From Minisyncoccota bacterium (GTDB lineage Bacteria > Patescibacteriota > Minisyncoccia > Phycocordibacterales > UBA5272): a stretch of DNA of 64,000 nucleotides. Both the position numbers and the translations under genes were made by a program. Under the pieces are notes generated by a model, which was given only the letters and a program-made list of their open reading frames with translations, did no database searches and was not told where the DNA came from. The DNA lies in the NCBI GenBank assembly GCA_046350775.1, contig JAXLZS010000001.1, positions 481,838 to 545,837 of the forward strand, given 5' to 3'. This document shows positions 46,174 to 56,445 of this stretch, in pieces; positions within the stretch are counted from its first letter, which is position 1; each line of letters opens with the position of its first letter.

Positions 46174-47661
46174 TTATCTGGCAAATTCTATGACTCTGCT
46201 TTCTCTTATGACATTTATTTTGATTTCACCTGGATATTTTACTTCTGTTTCTATTTTTATAGCTATATTACGAGCTAGCTCTATAGCTTCAAAATCATTT
46301 ACTAATTTTGGTTCTACAAAGACTCTCACTTCTCTTCCTGCCTGCAAAGCATAGACTTTTTCTATACCCATAAAGCTCATAGCTATATTTTCTAGATCAT
46401 TTAGTCTTTTTATATAATTTTCTACAGAATCTCTTCTGGCTCCTGGTTTACTTCCAGATATTGCGTCCGCCACTTGGACTATAATTGATTCTATAGTTTC
46501 ATAAGGATATTCTTCATGATGAGCTTGCATAGCTAGTATGATTTTTTCATCTACACCATATTTCATAAGTATTCTTCTTCCTATTTCTACATGTGTACCA
46601 TCTATTTCATGATCAACCGCTTTTCCAATGTCATGCAACAGAGCTCCAGCTTTTGCGGTAGGGACATCTACACCGAGTTCTGCCGCTAAAATTCCAGCTA
46701 TATGAGCCATTTCTATTGAATGGTCTAATACATTTTGCCCATAGCTCGTCCTGAAATATAATCTCCCTAAAATTGGCAATATCTCATCTGGGATGGAAAG
46801 TAATCCACATTCCATGACGGCTTCTTCTCCTTTTTTTCTCATAAAAGTACCAATATCTTTTTTTGCTTTTTCTAAAAACTCTTCTATTTTGACTGGTTGA
46901 ATACGTCCGTCTTTTATAAGCATCTCAAGTGCATTTTTAGCGATAGCTCTGCGGACAGGGTCAAAACAAGATACTACGACTGCATTTGGTATCTCATCTA
47001 CCAATACTTCTACACCACTTGCCCTTTCAAAAGCTTTTATATTTCTTCCTTCTTTTCCAATTATTTTACCTTTAGTTTCTTCGTCTTGTATTTCTACGAC
47101 GCTAGACATGAATTCTGTGATATTAGAATTACCAATTCTATAAATCGCATTGGCTAATATATCTCTTGCTCTCGCTTCAAATCTCTGCTCGCCATCACGA
47201 GACAATTTTAATAGGCGAGATTGCAAATCCTCACTTGCTTCTTTTTCTATTTTTTTAATTAAAAGATTTTTAGCTTCTTCTTTTGTGAGAGAGGCGACTT
47301 TTTCTAATTCGCCATCAATACTATTTTCTTTTTTTAATATTCTAGCTTTGATTTCTTTTACTTCCTCAGCAGCATTTAAAAGTTTTTCTTTTTCAAGTTT
47401 CACAGCTTCTTCGCGAGATTCTAATTCATCTTCTTTTTTATCAAGTCTAGCTTCTGTCTTGTCTAGTCTTTGTTTTATTTCTTCAGAAAATTTAAGAGCT
47501 TCTTCTTCTATTTTTTTAGCTTCTCTTTTTGCTGACAATATTCTTTCTTCTAATTTATTTTCAATAGAGTTTCTATTTAGAAGAGCGACATAGTGTCTAC
47601 CGATATAGCCAATAGCCATTCCGGCTATGCCAGCGATAACTGTATAAATAATCCATGTCAT
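46174..47661 (-). CDS. rny: Ribonuclease Y
   Basis: N-terminal TM, coiled-coil, KH domain (GKIIGKEGRNIKAFERASGVEVLVDE) and HD domain (HSIEMAHIAGILAAELG…LLHDIGKA). Confidence 0.85.
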   Translation of the reverse strand: MTWIIYTVIAGIAGMAIGYIGRHYVALLNRNSIENKLEERILSAKREAKKIEEEALKFSEEIKQRLDKTEARLDKKEDELESREEAVKLEKEKLLNAAEEVKEIKARILKKENSIDGELEKVASLTKEEAKNLLIKKIEKEASEDLQSRLLKLSRDGEQRFEARARDILANAIYRIGNSNITEFMSSVVEIQDEETKGKIIGKEGRNIKAFERASGVEVLVDEIPNAVVVSCFDPVRRAIAKNALEMLIKDGRIQPVKIEEFLEKAKKDIGTFMRKKGEEAVMECGLLSIPDEILPILGRLYFRTSYGQNVLDHSIEMAHIAGILAAELGVDVPTAKAGALLHDIGKAVDHEIDGTHVEIGRRILMKYGVDEKIILAMQAHHEEYPYETIESIIVQVADAISGSKPGARRDSVENYIKRLNDLENIAMSFMGIEKVYALQAGREVRVFVEPKLVNDFEAIELARNIAIKIETEVKYPGEIKINVIRESRVIEFAR

Positions 47662-47670
47662 GTATTTATT

Positions 47671-48291
47671 TTATTTCTTTTTTGGTTTTAAAATATCGTC
47701 GACTATACCGTATTTTTTTGACTCATCAGCGCTCATCCAGTAATTTCTGTCCATATCTTTTTCTATTTTATCTTTTGTATTTCCTGTAGCCTTTGCAAGC
47801 ATGTCTCTCAAATTATCTTTCCATTTCAAAACATTTTTTGCTGTGATTTCTATATCAGAAGCCTGACCTTGGACTCCTGTTAAAGGTTGATGGATCATGA
47901 CTTCAGAATTTGGTAATACAAATCTTTTACCTTTTGTTCCTTGAGACAAAATCATTGCGCCCATAGAAGCTGCTACCCCTGTGCAAACAGTAGAAACGTC
48001 AGGCTTTATGTGGTTCATGGTATCTATGATAGCCATGCCAGAATTAACATCTCCTCCTGGAGAGTTGATGTACATAGTTATGTCTTTTTTTGGATCCTCA
48101 GCTTCCAAAAACAAAAGTTGAGCAACAGTTATTGAAGCTGTTTGGTTGTTTATTTCATCGTGAAGAAATATAATCCTTTCTTTTAATAGGCGAGAGTAAA
48201 TGTCATAAGCACGCTCGCCGTTTTGAGTTTTTTCAAGTACGGTTGGTATAAGCATAATATTAAATTTGATTAATCTAACTAATAATTTCAA
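47671..48291 (-). CDS. clpP: ATP-dependent Clp protease proteolytic subunit
   Basis: [17 protein letters not shown] and catalytic-triad context ASMGAMIL…MIHQP. The true start is probably the internal Met at ~48255 (MLIPTV…). Confidence 0.9.
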   Translation of the reverse strand: MKLLVRLIKFNIMLIPTVLEKTQNGERAYDIYSRLLKERIIFLHDEINNQTASITVAQLLFLEAEDPKKDITMYINSPGGDVNSGMAIIDTMNHIKPDVSTVCTGVAASMGAMILSQGTKGKRFVLPNSEVMIHQPLTGVQGQASDIEITAKNVLKWKDNLRDMLAKATGNTKDKIEKDMDRNYWMSADESKKYGIVDDILKPKKK

Positions 48292-48390
48292 ACATTTTTA
48301 AGTTTCACAATTTTCTAATTTTTATTTTCTTTGAATTTTCAGTCTATCAGTATTTTGACAATATAGCATATCTCTATAAAAATAGAAAAC

Positions 48391-48420
48391 AAAAAACTGA
48401 TTGTTTTCAATCAGTTTTTT
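48391..48420. terminator. Intrinsic terminator downstream of hup (aaaaaactgattgttttcaatcagtttttt)
   Basis: 7-bp stem CTGATTG / CAATCAG flanked by A- and T-runs. Confidence 0.7.
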
Positions 48421-48442
48421 GTTTATAAAGTTTAAGTGTAAA

Positions 48443-48715
48443 TTACTTTACAGCTTCTTTAAGAGCTTTAGCAACTGAGAATTTTACAGCTTTTGATGCT
48501 GGAACTTTAACAGTTTCACCAGTCTTTGGATTTCTAGCATCACGAGCTTTTCTGTGTTTTACAGAAAACTTTCCGAATCCTGCTACAGATACTTCTTCTC
48601 CTTTTTTAAGAGCGTGGATAATAGAGTCAAATAAAGCTTCAACAACTCTTTCAGCTTCTGCTTTTGAAGTGTTTAATACTTTGTTAATTTCCTCTGCTAG
48701 GGCTACTTTATTCAT
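48443..48715 (-). CDS. hup: DNA-binding protein HU
   Basis: 90 aa; GFGKFSVKHRKARDARNPKTGETVKVPA is a canonical HU arm. Confidence 0.9.
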   Translation of the reverse strand: MNKVALAEEINKVLNTSKAEAERVVEALFDSIIHALKKGEEVSVAGFGKFSVKHRKARDARNPKTGETVKVPASKAVKFSVAKALKEAVK

Positions 48716-49595
48716 ATTTTTATATTTATTTTTTAATATATTTAAAATATTTGTCTAAGATAAATTTCCTAGGATTATCTTAAATAATATTTGTTGTTAA
48801 TTAATGTGCACATTCTCTCAGTAATTTTTTCTTCTATTTCTAGTATCAAAAATTAACTTTAAGAATACCCTTATATTATAAAGCTTTTTTTTATAAAAAT
48901 ACAAGTTGACAAATTGTATATACGTTGCACTTTATAAAAGTCTTGTCTTAAGTGATTATTTTATATAAAAATTTAGACAAATAAAAAACTCCCCATAATT
49001 ACAGCCGGGAGCGGAGCTCGACCTGTCGCTGGACATGATTGGGAAGCTTTTAGGAGTCTTCTCATGTCCAGCGATTTATACTATTTTCACACTAGTACAA
49101 GTCGCTGGACACGAATAAACCAAATTGATTGTTTTTTTTGAGGTGTCATCCTCTAGTATTTGAGATTGTCCTTTATTCACATAAGGGACGAGATTGGCTT
49201 TATCTAAAATTATTAAAGAGATAAAGCAAAATATATAAGTTTGGGTGCTATTATTTATAACATTTAGTTATGTTTTTAAAAGATCTATTTGGCGAGTCCA
49301 GCTGATGAATACTTTAATTTATACCCATAAGCTGGGTGAGGCTTTGTATCATCACTACTCACCCTGTACTTATTATAAACGACATATAAATATTTGCAAT
49401 ACTTTGTCTTATAAATACTGTGGATAACTGTCCTTTATAAAATAAAATATAAATGTCTCTTATAAAATTTTATTTGTCTGTTATAAAAACCCTTGAAAAA
49501 TATTGTCCTTTTAAATATTTGCAATGTCTCTGTGAATTCGCTAAATTGAATGAATTAATAAATAAAAATATTAATACCTCTTGGTGAAGAGAAAT

Positions 49596-49625
49596 AAAAA
49601 GCGGAGAATTGATCTCCGCTTTTTA
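49596..49625. terminator. Intrinsic terminator downstream of tig (aaaaagcggagaattgatctccgcttttt)
   Basis: 7-bp stem GCGGAGA / TCTCCGC with flanking A/T runs. Confidence 0.75.
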
Positions 49626-49639
49626 TTTTTATAAACTTT

Positions 49640-50791
49640 TTAATTATTATCTCCATCTAAAAATTTCATTACTTTTTCATTTAAGAGTATTTGTGTGACA
49701 TAGCTTTTCACATGATCTTCATTTGCTTCTGGCATCTGATTCATAATCTTTAACGCCTCGGCAAATACTTCTTCTTTTGACACTTCTATTTTCTCTTTTT
49801 TAGCTATTTCATTTAGAATAAGTTGTGATTTAGTTCTTTTTTCTGCTGTCTCACGCCAATCTTTTTTAATCTCTTCTTCAGTCTTTTTGATATGCTCTAG
49901 ATACTCTTCCCATTTACTGCCATATCTTTCCATATCAGCTTTCATGGTTGCCTTCATCCTCTCAAGCTCATCTTCTATTAGGATCTCTGGTAATTTTATA
50001 CTTGTCTCTGCTACCAATCTTTCTAAGATATGATTTCTCTTTTTGTCTAAAAGCTTTGAATTTTTCTCAAGAGTAAGATTTTCTTTTATTTTAACTTTTA
50101 AATCTTCTAAAGTCTTGAAATTTTCTCCAAAACTTTGAGCAAATTCATCATTTAATTCTGGAAGACTATCATCGGCCTTGTTTCCATTTTCCTCAACATG
50201 TTCATGGCTCTCAGTATGCACTGTGCCATCTTCATGGACATGCCCGCCAACATTTCTAGCTTTGCGAAGATTTTCTAATACTTCTAAAAGTTCTTCATCG
50301 CTAACAGTAGTAAGATTTTCTAATGTAGCTTTGTCATTTTTCTTTTTTAATTCATCTAATTCATTTTTTATGACAGATTCAGATTCTTCTTTTGAGATTT
50401 TTTTATAATCAGCTAAATCTACTTTTGGTAAAATAGGGAATACGGCCTCATACTCAAAGTCAGAGCCTTTACCGATTTTAGTGATTGAAATTTTAGGATT
50501 TGAGATAGGTAGTATTTTCTCATCATCTTTCTTATTTTCATTTTCTTTTACTAGAGAATTATAATAAGTCTCATTGATAGCCAAGTGGGCCATCTCTTCT
50601 AAAATGATCATCTCTCCATATTTTTCTATTATAAGATTTTCAGGAGCGTTTCCTTTACGAAATCCATCAATTTCTACAAATTCTTGTACTTTTTTAAATC
50701 CAAGATCGTGATATTTAGTAAAAGCCTCACTGTCGATATTCACTACTAATTTCATCTCGCCACTATCTAATTTTTCAAATTTTGTTTTCAT
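49640..50791 (-). CDS. tig: Trigger factor (short form; N-terminal ribosome-binding domain clear)
   Basis: N-terminal VEIDGFRKGNAP matches the trigger factor ribosome-binding signature (GFRxGxxP). 383 aa, so reduced relative to E. coli. Confidence 0.7.
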   Translation of the reverse strand: MKTKFEKLDSGEMKLVVNIDSEAFTKYHDLGFKKVQEFVEIDGFRKGNAPENLIIEKYGEMIILEEMAHLAINETYYNSLVKENENKKDDEKILPISNPKISITKIGKGSDFEYEAVFPILPKVDLADYKKISKEESESVIKNELDELKKKNDKATLENLTTVSDEELLEVLENLRKARNVGGHVHEDGTVHTESHEHVEENGNKADDSLPELNDEFAQSFGENFKTLEDLKVKIKENLTLEKNSKLLDKKRNHILERLVAETSIKLPEILIEDELERMKATMKADMERYGSKWEEYLEHIKKTEEEIKKDWRETAEKRTKSQLILNEIAKKEKIEVSKEEVFAEALKIMNQMPEANEDHVKSYVTQILLNEKVMKFLDGDNN

Positions 50792-50797
50792 ATTTTT

Positions 50798-51322
50798 CTA
50801 TTTCTTCTTTTTAAATAATTGAATTGATTTCTTTATCACTTCTAGAGTTTCTTTTTTGTCGTGAGTACTTGGTATTTCTACTTTTTTATTTTCTAGCATT
50901 TTATAGGTCTCAAAGAAATGATTTATCTCATCAAGAGTATGAGGATTTATGTCTTCTATATCTTTTAGATTTTTAAATCTAGGATCATTCTCTGGTACGG
51001 CTATGACTTTCACATCTGATTCATTGTTGTCTATCATATTGATATAGGCTATAGGTCTCGCTTCTACCAATACACCAGGATGAATAGAATAAGAGGTGAG
51101 TAATACGACATCTAGAGGATCTCCATCATGCCATAAAGTATTTGGTATAAATCCATAATCAAAAGGATATGATTGGGCAGTATACATGACTCTGTCTAAT
51201 TTTATGAGTCCTGTATTTTTATCTAATTCATATTTATTTTTTGATCCTTTTTCTATTTCTATAATCACATTAATTGTGCCATTTTTGTTTTGTGGCTTTA
51301 TTGTTTTTAAAATGTTTTTCAT
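50798..51322 (-). CDS. ppa: Inorganic pyrophosphatase (family I)
   Basis: YPFDYGFIP…DGDPLDVVLL motifs. Confidence 0.9.
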   Translation of the reverse strand: MKNILKTIKPQNKNGTINVIIEIEKGSKNKYELDKNTGLIKLDRVMYTAQSYPFDYGFIPNTLWHDGDPLDVVLLTSYSIHPGVLVEARPIAYINMIDNNESDVKVIAVPENDPRFKNLKDIEDINPHTLDEINHFFETYKMLENKKVEIPSTHDKKETLEVIKKSIQLFKKKK

Positions 51323-51332
51323 AAAAATTATT

Positions 51333-52631
51333 TTATTCTTCTATGATTTTTTGTCCTTCTGCTAGGTGAGATACGTCAGATTCAGTTTTATTTTCATTTT
51401 CTTTTAATTCTTCTGCGATCTCTTGATCAATACTTTCACCATGAGCCTCTGGTTCATCTTCTAAAACTTCTCCATCTACAACACCCTCATCATCAGCCTC
51501 TACAATCAAGTCTCCACCCTCACTTGTGACGTCAATTTTCCATCCGGTCAATTTAGCTGCTAGGCGTACATTTTGTCCTCCACGTCCAATAGCGAGTGAT
51601 TGCTCCTCGACACTGACTTTCACAGAAGCTTTTTTCTCTTCTTCATCTATCTCAATACTAAGAACTTTGGCAGGGGAAAGAGATGATGAAATATTTTTCT
51701 TTATATCATCACTCCACTCTATGATGTCTATTTTTTCTCCACCTAGTTCGTTAGTTATAGCGTTTACTCTCACGCCACGTTGACCAACACAAGCTCCAAT
51801 AGGATCAACTCTCTCATCATTACTTTTTACAGCGATTTTTGATCTTGCTCCTGGCTCACGAGCTACAGAGATTATTTCTACTGTACCTTCTGATATTTCA
51901 CTTGATTCATTTTTAAATAATTCAATCAAAAATTTTGGATGGCTTCTTGATAGGCGAATTGAAAGACCACGAATACCTTCTTCTAAAGAAAATAAATAAG
52001 CTTTAATTCTTTGTCCTGGATGAAATCTTTCTCCTCTGATTTGTTCTTCAAAGGGAAGTATAGCTGTAGTTCTACCAAGATCTACAAAAATATTTCCACG
52101 CTCCATCCTTTGGACTATTCCAGATACAACTGATCCTTCTTTTCCTTCAAATTCACTAGTAATAGATTCATTTTCAGCTTCACGAATTTTTTGTACTATT
52201 ACTTGCTTGGCTGTCTGTGCAGCAATACGGCCAAAATCATTTTTGTTTTCTAAAGAAAAAGAAATCTCTTCTCCTAGTTCAGCATTTTTCTTTAGGAGTT
52301 TGGCGGTAGACATAAGAATGTGTTTTTCTTCGTTGTATCTAGGGAGGACAATTTCATCTTCATTAGCTTCTTCAGTGGTAATTAATTCTTCTTCATCATC
52401 TTCTACTATTCTCACAGTAGTCTCATCTGCGACAATTTTAATTTGCTCAAAAGTGGTTTCTCCTGTATCAAAATTTATATGACAACGAATTAGTTGTCCT
52501 TTTTTTCCATATTCTTTTTGATAAGCTGCAGCTAGAGATTTTTCTACTGCATCTATAATTCTCTCGCGAGATATTTTCTTTTCTTGCTCAATAGTATTTA
52601 GGGCAAGATTGAGGGCTTTTATATCTAACAT
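51333..52631 (-). CDS. nusA: Transcription termination/antitermination factor NusA
   Basis: N-terminal NusA domain, S1 region and two KH regions (…IGACVGQRGVRV…, …LAIGRGGQNVRLAAKLTGWKIDV). Confidence 0.9.
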   Translation of the reverse strand: MLDIKALNLALNTIEQEKKISRERIIDAVEKSLAAAYQKEYGKKGQLIRCHINFDTGETTFEQIKIVADETTVRIVEDDEEELITTEEANEDEIVLPRYNEEKHILMSTAKLLKKNAELGEEISFSLENKNDFGRIAAQTAKQVIVQKIREAENESITSEFEGKEGSVVSGIVQRMERGNIFVDLGRTTAILPFEEQIRGERFHPGQRIKAYLFSLEEGIRGLSIRLSRSHPKFLIELFKNESSEISEGTVEIISVAREPGARSKIAVKSNDERVDPIGACVGQRGVRVNAITNELGGEKIDIIEWSDDIKKNISSSLSPAKVLSIEIDEEEKKASVKVSVEEQSLAIGRGGQNVRLAAKLTGWKIDVTSEGGDLIVEADDEGVVDGEVLEDEPEAHGESIDQEIAEELKENENKTESDVSHLAEGQKIIEE

Positions 52632-52743
52632 AATTTTATTTATTTTTAAATTTTTGAATTAAAAAAATCGAGCACTGCTCGACCTGACGACTCACATTAC
52701 TACCTAATAATAAATATATATTACCAAATCATTTTTAAAAAGT

Positions 52744-52775
52744 CAAATAAAAAATCCCGACTCGAGCCGGGATTT
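52744..52775. terminator. Intrinsic terminator (aaaaaatcccgactcgagccgggattttt)
   Basis: GC-rich stem ATCCCG / CGGGAT flanked by A/T runs, at the 3' end of the minus-strand gene 52793-53242. Confidence 0.7.
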
Positions 52776-52792
52776 TTAAATCGCAGTCTTTT

Positions 52793-53242
52793 TTATTTTC
52801 TGTCCTCTAGCCACCTAAACCAAAAGATTAATGCTAAAAACATGATCACAAAAATTATTATTCCAAGAGGAATATAGTTTGTCTCATTAGAATAATGATC
52901 TCTTTGATCTGGGGCTACCAGTATCATGTTTTCTTTTGTATCCAAATACAATATTCCGGAGGATACAGTATGGATTTCTTTTGTGTACAGATTAAGCCAT
53001 CTCTCTTTAGCTTTGTGCTGGTAATCAACACAAACAGTATCGAGATTATTTTGTATCATGAAGTCCAGCTCCTCACGATAATCTATGGCCTCTTCTGAAA
53101 TTTTATAAAACATTTTTGTCCCAGAAGAATCGAATACTCCATACTCCATATTTCTGTATTCAATTATTTTTTTCTGGCCAAAAGAAAAAGATTGAAAATA
53201 GAAGATGATGATTAATGACAGAACGAACAAAATTTTTTTCAT
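52793..53242 (-). CDS. Small membrane-associated protein (N-terminal signal and C-terminal TM), unknown function
   Basis: Intact 149-aa ORF with hydrophobic N- and C-termini. Confidence 0.45.
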   Translation of the reverse strand: MKKILFVLSLIIIFYFQSFSFGQKKIIEYRNMEYGVFDSSGTKMFYKISEEAIDYREELDFMIQNNLDTVCVDYQHKAKERWLNLYTKEIHTVSSGILYLDTKENMILVAPDQRDHYSNETNYIPLGIIIFVIMFLALIFWFRWLEDRK

Positions 53243-53394
53243 CGCGTAAAATTTATTGATTTAAAATTTGGTTTTGAAAAAGCTGAATTTAAACTATCAC
53301 ATTATAAAAACTTTGTCAAACAAAGAAAAATAACATATAAAATTATTTTACATGTTAAAAATATTTTTTTGTATAGCGTGATAAAATTATCTGT

Positions 53395-54987
53395 ATGTAC
53401 TATAGATATATAGTCGCCATTACGTCAGGTTTATTTTTAGGATTAATTATTTCCTACAAATTAGATTTCTCTACAGAAATATTTTTCGTCTCTCTAATTT
53501 TAATATTTATAAATTTTTTGATTTACAAATTCCAAAAAAGATCTTTTGGGGTTTATAAATCTTTTGTGCCGATCTTAGTATTAGTATTTTTTATTGGTAC
53601 GGCTCTCGGAATATTACTGGGCCAATATGATTTGTCTTATGATTTAGAAAAAAAAAATAATTTTCAAAATTATATTTCACAGAAAAATGATTTTGAAGGA
53701 ATGGTAAGTAATGTGTCCATTTCACAATCATCTCAAAAATTTATTTTAAACGTAAATGATGAAACGGAAATTTTTAAAATAAAAATAATCACAGGACTTT
53801 TTCCAAAATATAATTCAGGAGACATGATATCTGTATCAGGAAAAGTCTCTGACGGTGATGTGGTTTTACCAGACATTACACAAAGTAAAAAGTCCTTTAA
53901 TGTAAAAGACAAAGATGATCTACTGGATATAGATGGAGAGATGGCTTTTCCAAAAATAAAATTTGTCTCTGAAAGTGTTTCAGGAAACGTATTTTCTAAA
54001 TTGGAAAATACAAAAAATAATTTTCTAAATATTTTAGAAAAAGATATACCTCTCGATGCGGCTGCCCTTTCGGCTGGTACTACTTTGGGCGACTCTTCCC
54101 TCTTCACAAAGGAGGATATAAATGCGTTTCGTGTTTCCGGTCTTTCACATATCATAGTCTTGTCTGGATTTAATATTACAATTTTGATTTTTGTTTTGAT
54201 TTATATTTTTTCATTATTTCGTTTAAGATTATTTTGGCGTGTAACGCTATCAATTTTTTCTATAATATTTTTTATTTTATTTGTGGGTGGCGGACCGTCT
54301 CTTGTGAGAGCCGGGATCATGGGAGGTGTCTTACTTATAGCTTCACTCTTTGGTAGACAATATATCGCAAAGCAAGCTTTGTTTGTCTCTGCATTTTTTA
54401 TGATGATAGCAAATCCTAAAATTGCTCTCTATGATGTCTCTTTTCATTTGTCTTTTTTAGCGACATTTGGGATACTATATCTTGTGCCAATATTCGACAA
54501 TTATAGATTTTTTCAAAAAGACAAAAACGATAAAATCGAGTACAATCTTTCAGAAAATAAATCCGAGAAAGATAAAAATAAATTTTCAAAAAAAATCTGG
54601 GATAGTATTTTGGAAATATTAAAAGTCACACTAGCTGTACAGATCATGGTCTTGCCATACATAATGTTTGTCTTTGGAAAGGTGTCCATCTTTAGTCTCA
54701 TCGCAAATATTTTAGTTGTACCACTAGTGCCGGTCATCATGCTCCTCTCTGTGTTGATTTTATTTTTTTCTTTCTTTGCAAATTTTATATCAATATTTTT
54801 AGGCTGGGTATCTTATCTATTTTGTGAGTACATATTTATCATCGCAAGATTTATTTTTACTTTACCTTTTTCACAAGTTGAAAATTATATTTCAGGTTTG
54901 ACTTTATTTTTACTTTATCTGATTTTATTTCTTTTTATATATTTTGAAAACTTTAGACAAAAGATAAATTCATATCTGAATAGTTAA
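53395..54987 (+). CDS. comEC: ComEC/Rec2 DNA-uptake channel protein, membrane (DUF4131 + competence) part
   Basis: The multi-TM LSAGTTLGDSSLFTKEDINAFRVSGLSHIIVLSGFNITIL segment is the ComEC competence-domain signature. Confidence 0.8.
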   Translation: MYYRYIVAITSGLFLGLIISYKLDFSTEIFFVSLILIFINFLIYKFQKRSFGVYKSFVPILVLVFFIGTALGILLGQYDLSYDLEKKNNFQNYISQKNDFEGMVSNVSISQSSQKFILNVNDETEIFKIKIITGLFPKYNSGDMISVSGKVSDGDVVLPDITQSKKSFNVKDKDDLLDIDGEMAFPKIKFVSESVSGNVFSKLENTKNNFLNILEKDIPLDAAALSAGTTLGDSSLFTKEDINAFRVSGLSHIIVLSGFNITILIFVLIYIFSLFRLRLFWRVTLSIFSIIFFILFVGGGPSLVRAGIMGGVLLIASLFGRQYIAKQALFVSAFFMMIANPKIALYDVSFHLSFLATFGILYLVPIFDNYRFFQKDKNDKIEYNLSENKSEKDKNKFSKKIWDSILEILKVTLAVQIMVLPYIMFVFGKVSIFSLIANILVVPLVPVIMLLSVLILFFSFFANFISIFLGWVSYLFCEYIFIIARFIFTLPFSQVENYISGLTLFLLYLILFLFIYFENFRQKINSYLNS

Positions 54988-54996
54988 AATACATTT

Positions 54997-55983
54997 ATGC
55001 AAAGTACAAATCTAAAAGAAATATTTTTTTCACTAAAGACAAAAATAAAAAATTTTAATAAATCTTATGGGAGAATTTTTTGGGTTTTAATTTTTATAAT
55101 TTTATTTTTTATTTTGATTTATATTTATGAAAATATTTTTTCTTCTCAAGACTTACAAATAACTTTCTTTGATATTGGTCAGGGTGACGCAGCTCTGATC
55201 AAAACTCCTGGTCGAGAAAATATTTTGATAGACGCCGGACCAAATAATCTGATTTTGAAAAAATTAGAAGACTCACTTTCTATTTTTGATAGGAATATTG
55301 ATCTGGCTATACTCTCACATCCGGACGCTGATCATGTGGCTGGATATATTTCAATTTTTCAAAATTACAAAGTAAAAAATATTTTAGAAAATGGTGACGA
55401 GACAAAAGAGAGTGAGATCTATCAAGAAATAAAAAAATCTATTCAAAAGGAAAAAGATGAATATGATACAAAAGAATATTTTGCGAATTGTGGCGATGAG
55501 ATTTCTTTCCCTGGTAAGCGGGATGAAAAATTAAAAATCTATATCATACATCCGATGAAAAATAATTTAGTCATCAATGATACAAATGATAACTCTATAG
55601 TCGCTCTCGTCACTTTTGATCAGTATGGATTTCTTTTTACCGGGGACGCCAGTCAAGATGTAGAAAAGAAAATATTTTTTGAAATAGAAAATTGTTTTAA
55701 TAAAAATGATAGCGAGTCCATAAAAAAATATTTTAAAGATCTGACAGTCTTGAAAGTCTCACATCATGGATCAAAGTCTGGCAGTAGTGAGGATTTTATA
55801 AGAAAAATTAGTCCAGAATATTCTATTATCAGTGCGGGCAAAAATAATAGATATGGTCATCCAAATGACGAGGTTCTAAAAATTTTAGAAAAGTATAGTA
55901 AAAATATTTTGAATACCATAAATGACGGTGATATCACTTTTGTGACCGATGGAAAAAATTTAATTATTAAAAAGTCAAGATGA
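54997..55983 (+). CDS. Metallo-beta-lactamase-fold protein corresponding to the ComEC C-terminal domain, encoded separately
   Basis: ITFFDIGQGDAALIKTPGRENILIDAGP and LSHPDADHVAG (HxHxDH-like) motifs, immediately downstream of the comEC membrane part. Confidence 0.75.
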   Translation: MQSTNLKEIFFSLKTKIKNFNKSYGRIFWVLIFIILFFILIYIYENIFSSQDLQITFFDIGQGDAALIKTPGRENILIDAGPNNLILKKLEDSLSIFDRNIDLAILSHPDADHVAGYISIFQNYKVKNILENGDETKESEIYQEIKKSIQKEKDEYDTKEYFANCGDEISFPGKRDEKLKIYIIHPMKNNLVINDTNDNSIVALVTFDQYGFLFTGDASQDVEKKIFFEIENCFNKNDSESIKKYFKDLTVLKVSHHGSKSGSSEDFIRKISPEYSIISAGKNNRYGHPNDEVLKILEKYSKNILNTINDGDITFVTDGKNLIIKKSR

Positions 55984-56070
55984 TTTTGATTATATATAAA
56001 AATGTGGTATCTTTTAATTCTTAAACGTTCTTTTCAACAATTTATTTTAAACCTGTTAAATTTTTAAAAA

Positions 56071-56400
56071 ATGAATTTAGAGATAAGAGAAATCGCTGAT
56101 CTTAGAGCAATTCTTCTACTCGAAGACAAGTTGTCCCGTCAGATCTATAAAGATGCACAAAAATTGTTAATCTCTCACAGAGATGCAAACAAAGAAGATT
56201 GGATAAATATTATCGAAAATGAAAATTCAGAACCCTTAAATAGAGATCAGGCATTTTCTAAGATGTGCAGAGAAACTGCGAGAAGAGATTTACCTTCTTT
56301 ATTAAAAAGGCTTGTGTCAGAACTTGAAGATAGGCCTCACGCTGCTAATATTTTAGAAAAGGCTAAAGAATATTTAGAGCATTTTGAAGATTTTGCTTAA
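56071..56400 (+). CDS. Hypothetical cytoplasmic protein
   Basis: Intact 109-aa ORF followed by a strong bidirectional terminator. Confidence 0.45.
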   Translation: MNLEIREIADLRAILLLEDKLSRQIYKDAQKLLISHRDANKEDWINIIENENSEPLNRDQAFSKMCRETARRDLPSLLKRLVSELEDRPHAANILEKAKEYLEHFEDFA

Positions 56401-56404
56401 TCAA

Positions 56405-56434
56405 AATCCCGTCATTTATGGTGACGGGATTTTT
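56405..56434. terminator. Bidirectional intrinsic terminator (aaaatcccgtcatttatggtgacgggatttttt)
   Basis: Perfect 9-bp stem between the convergent ORF 56071-56400 and rpmB. Confidence 0.8.
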
Positions 56435-56445
56435 TCTTTTACTTT

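Noticed and set aside
47150-47593. 147-aa plus-strand ORF inside rny
   Set aside because: Serine/low-complexity translation of the antisense strand of a well-supported RNase Y gene.
48990-49120. Possible tmRNA or SRP RNA at the GC-rich hairpin island
   Set aside because: The CTCGAC segment superficially resembles a tmRNA 5' end, but no T-arm/acceptor (GGTTCGA…CCA) is found within 500 nt. SRP RNA GGAA/GNRA apical motifs are absent. It is kept only as an unassigned structured element.
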